Origin: Calditrichia bacterium
GTDB taxonomy: Bacteria > Calditrichota > Calditrichia > JAJRVZ01
DNA: 64,000 nucleotides
NCBI GenBank assembly: GCA_963796965.1
Contig: CAWCNS010000011.1
Coordinates: 96,001 to 160,000 of the forward strand
Direction: 5' to 3'
This document shows positions 42,944-53,779 of the stretch, in pieces (position 1 is the stretch's first letter; every line of letters starts with the position of its first letter). A model generated the notes under the pieces. That model saw nothing but the letters and a program-made list of their open reading frames with translations, did no database searches and had not been told where the DNA came from. Position numbers and translations under genes: made by a program.

Positions 42944-45194
42944 TTAGAAAAACACACGATAGAGCAATTTCAGGTTTCTACCCGGTTCGGGCATAATTTC
43001 TTTTACCCGATTCAGGTGTTGTCTATAGATTGTATTTTGTGCATTCTCGATCCCAAACGTGAGTGTATGCAATAATCCAAAACTACTAAAATAATATTGG
43101 GCCATGAGATCGAAAACGAAATATCCGTTGGTAGGTAGTTCAAATTCGCCAGCACGGTTTTGCTGACTGGCCATGCGTAAGGCGCCCTCAAGACTAAACC
43201 CGCCTGTGGCAAATCTGACTCCCGTCCTTCCTTTAAGCGGGGGAATTCGTGGAATAGGAAAATTTTGCTCAACAAGATCTCCCTTGACATAACTTAACGA
43301 ACCCAGAAATGTCCAGGACTCTAACAATTTCCACTCGAGGGTTCCCTCAATACCATACATAAGTGCATCCTCACCTACGTACTGATAGAGAAACAAATCA
43401 GCCTCTCCGCAAGCTTTTCCTGCCTGTATTTTTTGGAAAAATATAACCGTTAATTTCGTTTCTAAATACAGCAACATGCATATTTGTCTGATCCGTGACA
43501 TGATCAAGAAAGACTTCTAACCCCAAACCATTTTCTTTTCCTAATTCGGAGTTGCCTACCTCATATGAATAGGCTGCCAGATGGGGACCCTCGGAGAATA
43601 ACTCTTCTATTCCCGGCCCACGGAACGTACGCATAATTGTCGTGCCGAAGGTATACCCCTTTCCGGCATTTAATGCTGCAGTTAATCCGGCTGAGAAATC
43701 ATCAAATTGTCGTTCTCTTATATGTAGACTAAAATCTGCCCGTTCGACAATTTTCTCTACAGAAGGAACAACCGATTTATGATCGTAACGTAATGTTGCA
43801 CTAAATCCAAATCGCCCCAGATTATGCTCGCCATAGAAAAAACCAGCATAGGCATATTCTTTTGAGGCAGGTGTGAAATTTAACCCGGAAGAGGCATAGT
43901 CTCTTATTTCTCCCCACAATCCAATTTCCGCGTGGGCCAGGTTTCCTTTCTGGTTGAAGTGGGTTAGCAAATTAAAATCCTGGGTAACAACACCAAAGCG
44001 AACACCAACCAGATTATCAGATTCATATTCTGTATGCTTATACCGCTTGATAGAGTAACCAAGATCTATACGATATAGCCACGGTATTCCCGGATAGAGT
44101 TCTGCTTTTGATTCGAAATGAGTTCGTTCCAGATCAATATTTACACCCCCGGGATGCCCACCATATGGATCCGGAGGAATCCCATACTGAGATCCATAAT
44201 AGCTTCCCGCGGCCCCAACAAATCCCAGATCAGAGAAATATGTCAAGCCTGCTGCAACATTTTTGGTTTCAATTCCTGTGTTAAATAAAGTTTCTTCAGG
44301 AGAGTGAATATCCTCTGCCTGGCGATAACTACCCTCGATTCTTGCTGCAAATGCACCGACGGGTATCACCAGGCCCGATCCAGCAGAGAATCCATTGTTC
44401 ACGGACTCACCCTGCAGCGTCGCAGTTCCGGTAATCCGATGCGGTAAAGTTGAAGGTACATAACCGCGATTTACATTTATTACGCCTCCTAATGTATTTG
44501 CACCGTACAACAAAGCTGCCGGCCCACGAATAACCTCAATTCGATCAGCACTCATTGGTTCGATGACGACCGCATGATCAGCAGAGGTGGCCGAGAGATC
44601 CCCTGTACGATCTCCGTCCTCAAGAATTAATAAACGATCTCCACTAAGCCCCCTTATTACCGGCCGGGCTGGAGCCGGTCCCATCGTCCGTTGGTCTAAT
44701 CCAGGCTCTGATTCAAGTGTTTTTGCTATGGTCATACCGAGATTTTGACGCAGTTTTTTTCCGCTAACTTCAATCACTGGTTTTTGCATCTCAGACTTAG
44801 CATCATATTTATCCGATTCGACAACGATACCTTCCGTACTGAGCGGATCATTTTGAAGCATGATTTTCAGAAAAGTTGTATCACTCTGGGTAATTCTTAT
44901 CGGGATACTCGCATCCTGATATCCAACACGAAAAGTGCTAAGGGAATATTCACCAGGAGGCAAGCCAAAGAAATGAAATGTACCATCATCATGCGCAGAG
45001 ACAGATCGGTTTATTTCTTCAATATACAAAGTCGTCCATCCGATAGGCTCACCCGTAGCAGCATCTTTAATAAATCCAACGAGACAACCAGGCTTTTGCT
45101 CAACCGGTTCCTTTCCAAACACCAGGCTGGCAAAGGATAATAGAACGAAAACGACCAGGAAAGTCAATTTCCTCTGGGATATCACCCTATTCAT
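42944..45194 (-). CDS. TonB-dependent receptor (ZnuD-like metal type) with N-terminal CarboxypepD-reg-like domain (frameshift ~43410)
   Basis: 'ARPVIRGLSGDR', 'SADHAV', 'RIEVIRGPAALLYG', 'ELFSEGPHLA', C-terminal 'MPEPGRN...F'. Confidence 0.9.
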
Positions 45195-45273
45195 ACGGTT
45201 TTCTCTTCACGGCCTGTGTGTATGGAAAGTATAGTTAAATATATGATGAACATTCTCTTACCATTATCTCCCA

Positions 45274-45753
45274 CTAATTTTTGGGTCTGGGATCTGACGG
45301 CCCAACAACCAGGGGAATACTGGCAGATTCAAAATCCTTATGATCATTGTGAAAAATTTGAATTTTGATTGTTGTTTCTCCTTCTTTCAGACCAGAGTAC
45401 TGGATCTCATATCGGCTATGATCTTCCTGTGTTGATACAACATCAGCAATCATCGTATCTTCAATTTCCCATCCAAGGGACCAGACATCCGTAGGAGGAA
45501 TACCGACATCACCCTCTTCGTCCAAAAATAGCAGTTGATATTTGGGTGAATCAACACCTGTGTCAATACTAAATTTTCCTGTTATGACACCATCTATATA
45601 TTTGATTACTGTATCTTCCTCGACCAGCGCAAATAATCCGATGGCCTCAAAATGGATTACTTCCGAATCGACAGGATTAGTATCCCCACAACCAAATATG
45701 AGCGTAGCGACAAGAAAAACTTGTACAATGATTCTTAAATGCTTTATATACAT
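45274..45753 (-). CDS. Lipoprotein with His motifs, probable metal-uptake partner of the TonB receptor
   Basis: GGAGG RBS, 'IFGC' lipobox, 'HFEAIG', 'FHNDHKDF'. Confidence 0.65.
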   Translation of the reverse strand: MYIKHLRIIVQVFLVATLIFGCGDTNPVDSEVIHFEAIGLFALVEEDTVIKYIDGVITGKFSIDTGVDSPKYQLLFLDEEGDVGIPPTDVWSLGWEIEDTMIADVVSTQEDHSRYEIQYSGLKEGETTIKIQIFHNDHKDFESASIPLVVGPSDPRPKN

Positions 45754-45900
45754 TCGTACCTCCGATTTTACTATATTCTGGAAATCATATCCGGGTAATT
45801 CTACTACACAGCAGATCCCCCCGGGAGAAAAAAGATTTATAATAATCTGAATTAACAAGATGATACCGGGCATCTTAACACCCGGATATTACTCAGGATA

Positions 45901-46197
45901 TCATGCGATTGGTGGTGCACGACCAACGGTTATTGCAGGGATGGATGAAGTGGGAAGATAATTAATGTCAAAAAATGCTAATATTTCTGCTTTTTCAAAA
46001 AAGAATCCCATCAATATCCAGAAAAAAATTAGAACGGATATGATCGAAATCTGAAAGACATGTACCGGGCAGGTTGCAGGTTCTTCTAGCGAAACGGCAT
46101 GATTATGAAAAAAGGGTGCCGTGATAAGGAGCACGAGGAATAATCCCGCAAAGATTGCCACATAATATTTAAATTTTGATTCTTTCATAATGTACAT
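45901..46197 (-). CDS. DUF2946/CruR-like leader protein with HxH...CxxH and C-terminal RAPP motif
   Basis: TM-'HNH'-'CPVH'-TM-linker-'GRAPPIA*', first gene of the TonB receptor operon. Confidence 0.72.
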   Translation of the reverse strand: MYIMKESKFKYYVAIFAGLFLVLLITAPFFHNHAVSLEEPATCPVHVFQISIISVLIFFWILMGFFFEKAEILAFFDINYLPTSSIPAITVGRAPPIA

Positions 46198-46309
46198 TCA
46201 ATATATACATCTTCATACTTGATAACAAATAGAAATGTTCCCCAGGAATATAATTTCCATACCGTCCACTAAATAGCAATTCCGTAGATGTAACGAATAC
46301 GTGATTCCC

Positions 46310-46534
46310 CTATTTGAAATCCGGGCTGCTTTCATTTTTTTTTGTTTTTTTTAGTTCAAATGGCATAAAAATCCCAATTAACAATCCGATCGCCAGCGTA
46401 ATGATCAATAGCAAAGATCGTGGCATACTCACTTCAAAGACAAGAAAATTGACCGTAACAGTTGTGAGATTCTGAAAAAGAAATACAAAAAACAGAATAG
46501 CTATGATTATCATCAAAACCATTTTAAAAGACAT
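46310..46534 (-). CDS. LapA/DUF1049-like small membrane protein
   Basis: 'LFQNLTTVTVNFL..EVSMP..LLLIITLAIG'; GGAGG RBS. Confidence 0.75.
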   Translation of the reverse strand: MSFKMVLMIIIAILFFVFLFQNLTTVTVNFLVFEVSMPRSLLLIITLAIGLLIGIFMPFELKKTKKNESSPDFK

Positions 46535-46734
46535 ATTGCCTCCCAACTAATATAGTCCCTTATCCCCTCGAATAGTGCCACTTCAGGGACATCTTGAATT
46601 TTACCGCCAGGATTTTCCGGGGTTTTATAATTTTGTAACCAAATCAGACAGGATATCCTCTACGTATATAATTCCGATTTGTAAATTCAAACATTTACAT
46701 ATATTTGGAAATCCATCAGCGACACAATTATTTA

Positions 46735-47412
46735 TTATTTATTCTCCAGATTTTTCCCCAATTCAACTATTTTCTTATCCAATGTATGAATCTCTTTTAT
46801 CAGGTTGACGAATTGTTCTTCCTCAAACAGATTTTCATTCTTAATTTTTTTATGCTGATATTTTGTAAAAACAAGATTCCCCAGGTTTGTCACCAATTTT
46901 TGCCGTTCTGCGCTGGCTTTTTTTATTTCAACGGAGTTGTTAAAACGGTCAATATATTCCTGCGCGGTATGTTGTAGATCATCAACCGCTTTACCACCTA
47001 TTTCATAGACATCTCTGATTCCTTTTTTTGTCCTTTTGATCACTTCCTCTGCTACATGTGAGGTGCGATCTGCAACATCTTTGGCTACATCCGAGGCATA
47101 TTTGGAGACGGTTTTTGCTCCTGCCTCAATATTCAGAGCTGCTTCTACCAAGATACCCGTGTCGTCAAGATTTTTCTCTTTCGTCTGGACTTTTTTTACG
47201 GCACTTTTTGGGGGAGTCGTTGTCGCTTTTTTCGCTATTGTTTTTTTTGCAGCTGGTATGGCCTTTTTTGACACAGGCTTTTTTGAAGCTGTTACAGATT
47301 TTTTATCAGCCACGGTTGTAGTTTTTTTTGCAACAGTTATTTTCGGCTTTGGTACAGACTTTTTAGTCGGCGCCGCTGCACTTTTTTTTGCAGATTGTTT
47401 TTTTTCAACCAT
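46735..47412 (-). CDS. Hypothetical protein with Lys/Ala-rich histone H1-like N-terminus and helical C-terminus
   Basis: Repeated KK/AKK/PKK units over the first ~80 aa; AGGAGG RBS. Confidence 0.6.
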   Translation of the reverse strand: MVEKKQSAKKSAAAPTKKSVPKPKITVAKKTTTVADKKSVTASKKPVSKKAIPAAKKTIAKKATTTPPKSAVKKVQTKEKNLDDTGILVEAALNIEAGAKTVSKYASDVAKDVADRTSHVAEEVIKRTKKGIRDVYEIGGKAVDDLQHTAQEYIDRFNNSVEIKKASAERQKLVTNLGNLVFTKYQHKKIKNENLFEEEQFVNLIKEIHTLDKKIVELGKNLENK

Positions 47413-47898
47413 CTTTGCCTCCTTTTTAGTAATTGTCAGGCACGTAATCTTCGTAATATTTATATTTATTACTTGCCATTACAATTTTTTATGTATATCG
47501 GATCATTATTAAGACAACAGATTAACATATAACTTTTATGACCATGCACATTCACAAATTACATTTTATTGAAGAGAATTCCCACGTTCGGCTGCATTAT
47601 ATTGTCCATTAGATGTTGACAATTATTACCCTGGCAAGATACAATCCTTTATCTTTCTGATGAAATTACAAAGATTTCAATTAAAAGCATATATAAAAGT
47701 AATATTAAGCAAAGAAATATAGAACAAAATGTTCAGGGTGACCAGTTACAGATTAATTTTTCTACAGAATCTGGATACCCTTAGCCATCGATGATTATTT
47801 AGGTTATGAAGAAAAATCAATAAAGATCGATATTTTTCTTGATGCATTCCCTCTGTTTCCTTTAATTATGCTCACATCCAACCAGAAGTGAGGTAAAT

Positions 47899-50085
47899 TT
47901 GTTATCCTTAAAGAATACGATATCCGGTTTTATTGAAGAAAGGTTGCAAAAACCACCGTTTAAGAATCCTGGCGAAGCAAACAAATCAAAACTCGGAACC
48001 TTTGGCGGTGTGTTCACCCCGGATGTTTTGACCATTCTGGGCGTTATCATGTATCTTCGGCTTGGATGGGTAGTTGGAAATGCCGGATTTCTCGGAGCTG
48101 TTCTCATCATCCTATTAGCAAAATCTATCACCATCTGTACGGCCCTCTCCATGTCCTCCATCACAACGAACATCAAAATCGGAGCAGGTGGGGCCTATTC
48201 TATCATATCAAAATCTCTGGGTCTTGAAGCCGGGGGCAGTATTGGTATACCCTTTTATATATCGCAGACTTTATCTGCTGCTTTATATATTGTTGGATTT
48301 ACTGAAGGCTGGCTGTTAATATTTCCAGATCATACCCCCGCCCTGGTTTCGGGGTTAGTTTGGATCGTGCTTTTAATCATTTCCTATACGAGTGCTCATT
48401 TTGCAATTAAGATTCAATATGTAATCATTGTAATTATCGCTCTTTCCATAATTTTCTTCTTCTTGTCTCCAGCTCAAATATCAGAGAACTTAACATTGGT
48501 GGGTAATTTTGAAGATGCCGGTTTCTGGGTCGTATTCGCCATATTTTTTCCTGCGGTTACCGGGATCATGGCCGGGGCTAATTTATCCGGTGATCTTAAA
48601 GATCCCAGAAAATCCATTCCCCTGGGCACACTTATGGCAATCGGCGTCACCCTGGTAATTTATATAGGTTTAGCCTTTATAGCATCCAAAATCATCCCCG
48701 CATCAGAACTACGCACAAATCAGATGGTGATGGTTGATTACGCCCTTTGGGGTCCAATGGTTATCATGGGAATATTAGCTGCTACATTTTCTTCTGCATT
48801 AACAACAATGATTGGAGCGCCAAGGATCTTACAGGCCCTGGCTGAACAAAAAACCATTCCTTCTCACAAATTTTTTGCACTCAAGACAGAAGCCAATGAG
48901 CCCCGAAATGCCATTGTGTTCACTGGTTCCATTGTTGCTGTAGCATTAGTATTTGGAAATCTGAATGCGTTAGCATCATTAATCACCATGTTTTTTCTGA
49001 TCACCTATGGGATGCTCAATCTGGTCGTTTTTGTTCAACAGAGTATGCGGATTATCAGTTTTCGACCTTCTTTTAAAATCCCACGATTTGTTTCTTTTGC
49101 CGGCGCCATAGGATGTGCATTAATCATGATCCTGATAAATCCCGTATTCAGCCTGGTTGCCATTATAACGATAATTGTTATCTATATTTGGCTTGGCCGT
49201 CGTGGGTTGAGGACTCAAACAGGCGATATTCGTGGTGGTATGTTTCTTGTTCTTGCAGAACGTGCCTCGCGTCTTGCAGCACGGTTTCCACGGCATCAGG
49301 TAACCTGGAAACCAGATCTCCTGATTCCTGTTGACAATCCAGATTTATGGGCAGGATCTCTTCACTTTATCAGCAATATAACCTTTCCTCTGGGCAGCAT
49401 TTTTGCCTTTACCGTCAAGGATAAAGATACTGAGGAACTTGAAAAGAGTCTTGTCGATCTGCTTGCTCCTTTGGACAAACAGGGCATTCTCGTAAATTCG
49501 ACGGTCATCGAAGATGAAAATTTCTTACATGGGGCAAAATTAGTCATCCAGACACTTAAAGGCGGTGCATTAAGACCAAATACACTCTTTCTTACCTTAG
49601 GTTCGGACAAACGTAAAGATCCGACAATCAAAGATCTTATCATGCAGGCTACCCGCCATAATCTTGGTTCGATTTTATTGCGTCAACATCCGCGTATTGC
49701 GTTTGGGATGCAAAAAGAGGTTAACTTCTGGTTAAGAGATAAGAGCCCGAACTGGCATTTGGGAATGTTGGTGGCCCTGCAGTTGCAATCAAACTGGGGT
49801 GGCCAGTTAAATTTAATTACATCAACGTCAAACAAAGAAGATAAACGAAGGCTTTATGGTTTTCTGGAGCGACTAAGTGACCGGGCCAGATTACCTTCAC
49901 AAGCGGAATTCCATGTGCTGGTAGGGTCATTTAAGGAATGTTTAAAATCTGCCCCAGCCGCTGATATTAATATTTTTGGCTTAGCGGATAAAATTGACCT
50001 TAACTTTGCGCGTGAAGCACCTGAATTGACCAAATCATCCTGCATGTTTATTCGTGATTCAGGGGAAGAAAGTGCTCTGGCATGA
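47899..50085 (+). CDS. Cation-chloride cotransporter-like (SLC12/APC) permease
   Basis: 'LGTFGGVFTP..LTILGVIMYLRLGWVVG', 'GGAYSIISKSLG', 'FFPAVTGIMAGANLSGDL', 'APRILQA', cytoplasmic C-terminal domain. Confidence 0.88.
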   Translation: MLSLKNTISGFIEERLQKPPFKNPGEANKSKLGTFGGVFTPDVLTILGVIMYLRLGWVVGNAGFLGAVLIILLAKSITICTALSMSSITTNIKIGAGGAYSIISKSLGLEAGGSIGIPFYISQTLSAALYIVGFTEGWLLIFPDHTPALVSGLVWIVLLIISYTSAHFAIKIQYVIIVIIALSIIFFFLSPAQISENLTLVGNFEDAGFWVVFAIFFPAVTGIMAGANLSGDLKDPRKSIPLGTLMAIGVTLVIYIGLAFIASKIIPASELRTNQMVMVDYALWGPMVIMGILAATFSSALTTMIGAPRILQALAEQKTIPSHKFFALKTEANEPRNAIVFTGSIVAVALVFGNLNALASLITMFFLITYGMLNLVVFVQQSMRIISFRPSFKIPRFVSFAGAIGCALIMILINPVFSLVAIITIIVIYIWLGRRGLRTQTGDIRGGMFLVLAERASRLAARFPRHQVTWKPDLLIPVDNPDLWAGSLHFISNITFPLGSIFAFTVKDKDTEELEKSLVDLLAPLDKQGILVNSTVIEDENFLHGAKLVIQTLKGGALRPNTLFLTLGSDKRKDPTIKDLIMQATRHNLGSILLRQHPRIAFGMQKEVNFWLRDKSPNWHLGMLVALQLQSNWGGQLNLITSTSNKEDKRRLYGFLERLSDRARLPSQAEFHVLVGSFKECLKSAPAADINIFGLADKIDLNFAREAPELTKSSCMFIRDSGEESALA

Positions 50086-50096
50086 GAATTTTTGAT

Positions 50097-51458
50097 TTAT
50101 TTTAATTCCCATCCTTCACGATAGGGTCTTTTTACCCAATCATTTGCCTCGGGCAGGTTTTTTACCTTCATATTTGGTCCGTCCCAATCAAGCAAATTGC
50201 CCGGGAAGCGTTTAGCTATATTTCCGAGCAATGTCATCTCCGTAAGAGGTCCGGAATATTCAAATTTTGCTTCGGGCTTTGTGCCTGATTTACAATGCCG
50301 TGCCCAATCCGCTTCATGCGTACCCTCCACACGGGGTAGAACTTTTTCAGTTCCCCCATATGCCTTCATCGCCGATTCCGGAAATATTCTGGGACTTTCG
50401 CCATATACCCCAGCCATGATAAAACCCTTATCTCCCTTAAAGATAATCCCACCTTCCTCAGGGAGCCTTCTTCCTGCTTCTAAACCATTTGGCCACGGTG
50501 GCTCCAAACCTTCATACCAATTTAATTTCACCGGTGGCAAAGATCCCCGCTCTGGAAATGTATAGGTTACCGATGCAGCAAGGGGATGGGTTTGAGCATT
50601 CCCACCTAATACAGAGGCATAAACCGTTGAAGCATAGTCAAATTTCAGTGATTTAAAAACCGAGTCCAGTGTATGTGCGCCACGATCTCCCATCATACCA
50701 CAGCCAAAATCCCACCAGCACCGCCAGGTCCGTTGATGGTAAGCACGGTGATAAGGCCGAAATGGAGCTGGCCCAATCCACAGATCCCAATTTAGTTGCT
50801 CGGGTTTTTCCATTCTATCTTTTGGTAAATCGTCCCATTGTGAACTCCAGGAAGCATGTCCCCAGGGATAATAAGAGAGGCTACACCAGGCATCCACTTC
50901 CCGGATCTCACCAATAGCACCATCCCAGATCCATTCACAAATTATACGAATCCCTTCCCCTGAATGGCCTTGTATACCCATTACAGTTGTAACATCTGAT
51001 TTACTGGCTGCCTCTGCCAAAACACGGGATTCATAAATATCATGTGTAAGCGGTTTTTGACAATAAACATGCTTACCTGCCTTTATCGCAGCCAGGGCAA
51101 TGACGGCATGGGTGTGATCCGGAGTGGCAATAATCACAGCATCAATGTCTTTTTGCTTCTCAAGCATTTCCCGGTAATCTGCATATAGTTTTGCTTTTGG
51201 ATAGCGTTGAACTGTTTTTGCGGCATAGGAAAAATCCACATCACATAAAGCGACAACATTCTCATCGCCAACATTTTTCAGGTTACCTCCGCCCTGCCCC
51301 CCCACACCGATTCCGGCAATATTAAGTTTATCACTTGGCGCAGGACCCTTTGATCTTCCTAACACATGTGCCGGTATGATGCTGAAAACAGCTGCCGTAC
51401 CGGTAGTTAGCATAAAATCACGTCTGCTTATCTCATTCTTTTTTTTCTGATTTTTCAT
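50097..51458 (-). CDS. Tat-exported Gfo/Idh/MocA oxidoreductase
   Basis: 'SRRDF' Tat, 'GVGGQG', 'ATPDHTH', 'CQKPLT', 'WDLWIGPAP'. Confidence 0.92.
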   Translation of the reverse strand: MKNQKKKNEISRRDFMLTTGTAAVFSIIPAHVLGRSKGPAPSDKLNIAGIGVGGQGGGNLKNVGDENVVALCDVDFSYAAKTVQRYPKAKLYADYREMLEKQKDIDAVIIATPDHTHAVIALAAIKAGKHVYCQKPLTHDIYESRVLAEAASKSDVTTVMGIQGHSGEGIRIICEWIWDGAIGEIREVDAWCSLSYYPWGHASWSSQWDDLPKDRMEKPEQLNWDLWIGPAPFRPYHRAYHQRTWRCWWDFGCGMMGDRGAHTLDSVFKSLKFDYASTVYASVLGGNAQTHPLAASVTYTFPERGSLPPVKLNWYEGLEPPWPNGLEAGRRLPEEGGIIFKGDKGFIMAGVYGESPRIFPESAMKAYGGTEKVLPRVEGTHEADWARHCKSGTKPEAKFEYSGPLTEMTLLGNIAKRFPGNLLDWDGPNMKVKNLPEANDWVKRPYREGWELK

Positions 51459-51612
51459 CCGGATCTCCTGACAATAGAAATAGGTAAATTTATTTTTAAA
51501 ATTTAAATGTACTTTTTTTCTGTCTTATCATGCATAGTGCATGGAGCAGAGCGTATAGCGCTTGAGTTATATTTGCTATGCTCTATGCGTCTCGCGCATT
51601 GCTTAGACAGTG

Positions 51613-52614
51613 TTATATTTTAAAAGGCACCTCTTTACACAATGCCTTAAGATTCTCCACCGGTGTTCCCGATGGAATCTCGCATCCCGCATTTACCATA
51701 TATGGGTTTCCCACCTTTTTATATATAGTATCAATGGATAATCTGATTGATTCCGGATTACCATTTTTTATCTCCGAAACTGGATCCAGATTTCCCGCTA
51801 TCACGACGTTATTTCCGACACTCTCGCGTACTTTGTAAATATCAACCATATGATCCACATCCAAAACATCTACACCCAAGTCTGAAATACCGGGTAACAG
51901 ATGTGTCGTATCTCCACAAATATGTAATTTTGCCCAGGCGCCTTCCTTTTTAATTGCCTCCACCAGACGCTTTTCCCGTGGCTGGATTAACGATTCGTAT
52001 ATATCAGGAGAGACCTGACTGGCAATAGCATCACCAATACCGATGGTATCTGCTCCAGCCTTTATTTGTGTGATGGCAAAATCGATGGCGACTTCCAGGC
52101 ATCGATCCATCAATTCATTGGCGAATACCTGATCTTCAATCAAATCCATCAAAAATGTTATCACACCACGTAAATCTGCTGCTTCCGCTGCCGGCCCTTC
52201 AACCCATCCTAGAATTGAATAATGTTTCCTAAAATCTTTATCATATGTCTGCACCGCTTTAATTCTATCAAACATTCGATCAGCGTTATAGGGATCTGGA
52301 TTCTCCAATATTGACAATTCTTTGGACTTTTCCAAAGGATGGGTGCTTCGTGGCGGACCATCTTTTATATAGGTAATCTCTGATCCAAATCCCTGTGTCT
52401 CACGATAGGGATCCGAGATACAACTGAGTTGATCAATTCCAAAATCAACCGCACATTTACGGTTTGCCTCAACCAGAACCCGGTAATCGGAGGCAAAGGC
52501 GGCATAGTCAGAACCAATGTATTCTGCGGCATATTGCATTAGAATAGGTGTTCTGGGGAGAAAATCTACCGGTTGCCCTTCTAATGTGGCTTTGTATCGC
52601 TCAAAACTATTCAT
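51613..52614 (-). CDS. Uroporphyrinogen decarboxylase superfamily protein (MtaA/CmuA methyltransferase-like)
   Basis: 'GPAAEAADLRG', Zn ligands 'LHICG' and 'AGCEIP', 'GNLDPV'. Confidence 0.85.
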   Translation of the reverse strand: MNSFERYKATLEGQPVDFLPRTPILMQYAAEYIGSDYAAFASDYRVLVEANRKCAVDFGIDQLSCISDPYRETQGFGSEITYIKDGPPRSTHPLEKSKELSILENPDPYNADRMFDRIKAVQTYDKDFRKHYSILGWVEGPAAEAADLRGVITFLMDLIEDQVFANELMDRCLEVAIDFAITQIKAGADTIGIGDAIASQVSPDIYESLIQPREKRLVEAIKKEGAWAKLHICGDTTHLLPGISDLGVDVLDVDHMVDIYKVRESVGNNVVIAGNLDPVSEIKNGNPESIRLSIDTIYKKVGNPYMVNAGCEIPSGTPVENLKALCKEVPFKI

Positions 52615-52638
52615 AATATTAAGATTTTAATGTTTGAG

Positions 52639-53223
52639 TTATCCTGAATCCTGACCAGTAACTTTTATAGGCCATAATCCTTGCTGACGACAATAGATAT
52701 AAAATAAATTAAAGCGGTTTTTCCAGGTCGCTTCATCAGGTGTTGCGGAGATAACCGAATCTCCTACAGCGGACAAGACCTGACCTTCTTTTCTTACCCA
52801 GGAATAGGCGTCCTGAAGATCCTCAATTATCTGCGGCAATTTAGTCTCTGGGGCCAGACGGTAATCAATAGAGATGACAGTATATCCTGCCTGCAGGTAA
52901 AAAACAACCTGTTCTTCTTTCATCCACATCCGGCTGCCAAAAATCAAGGCCCCACCATGAATCCAGATGATTGCCGGTCGAATAGTATCATCTGGAAACC
53001 GGTAAACATCCGCTTTCATCTGGCATTGACCATTGGTTTTGTACGTGTATGTGTTTTTGAGAAAATTCTGTTTATTATCCGTAGGAATATATCCCCGGGC
53101 ACTAGCAGATACAGGTACAGTATAAATGCTTGCAACGGTAAATAAAATAAGTGGTAAGATATGTTGAAGACTTGATCTCATCTGATGATTATTTCTTTTT
53201 TCTAATATAAAAAATATAATCAT
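52639..53223 (-). pseudogene. Truncated alpha/beta hydrolase (HSL-like)
   Basis: Has 'IHGGAL' and 'DYRLAPE' but no GxSxG nucleophile, and ends early. Confidence 0.6.
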
Positions 53224-53246
53224 CTATTCAAATAAGGAAAACATGC

Positions 53247-53287
53247 ATGTAAAGTATGCATATAATTTTGCAAATTATACTTTACAT
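53247..53287. promoter_or_regulatory. 11-bp inverted repeat, possible operator
   Basis: ATGTAAAGTAT-N19-ATACTTTACAT between the hydrolase and the XRE gene. Confidence 0.45.
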
Positions 53288-53554
53288 TATGTAATCCATA
53301 CTGTATATTATAAATACATTTATAGGCTTTTAAACTCAGTACAAACCTAGGCTTGGATTTAATAGTATAGAAGAATGCGATAGGTGAAAGGAATCCGGGT
53401 TCTTAAGACTCTAAAAGAATTAATAAGAAACTCGGCGCGCTCTGCGTTTCTCTGCATTAAAAAAAAACTTGTATTCTTGAAGAACCATGTTGTATTTAAT
53501 TATATTCTAACTGAATATATATAACAGTACCCTTCTTTCTAAAAAGGTAAATCA

Positions 53555-53776
53555 ATGAAACTGGGAAATAATTTAAAGCGATGTCGTTTTGACAAGGATA
53601 GTATGTCACAGGAACGTCTCGCCATGGCCTCAGGAGTTACACGGCAAACAATTTATTCCATTGAAAAGGGGAAGTTTATCCCATCGACTTATCTTGCTTT
53701 AAGATTAGCAAAAGTCTTTGATAAATCCGTTGAAGAACTATTCTACCTCATTGAGGAAGAGGAAGAGTGGCGTTAA
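53555..53776 (+). CDS. XRE/Cro-family HTH transcriptional regulator
   Basis: 'MSQERLA...GVTRQTIYSIEKGKFIPS..LALRLA.VF...VEELF'. Confidence 0.92.
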   Translation: MKLGNNLKRCRFDKDSMSQERLAMASGVTRQTIYSIEKGKFIPSTYLALRLAKVFDKSVEELFYLIEEEEEWR

Positions 53777-53779
53777 TAT

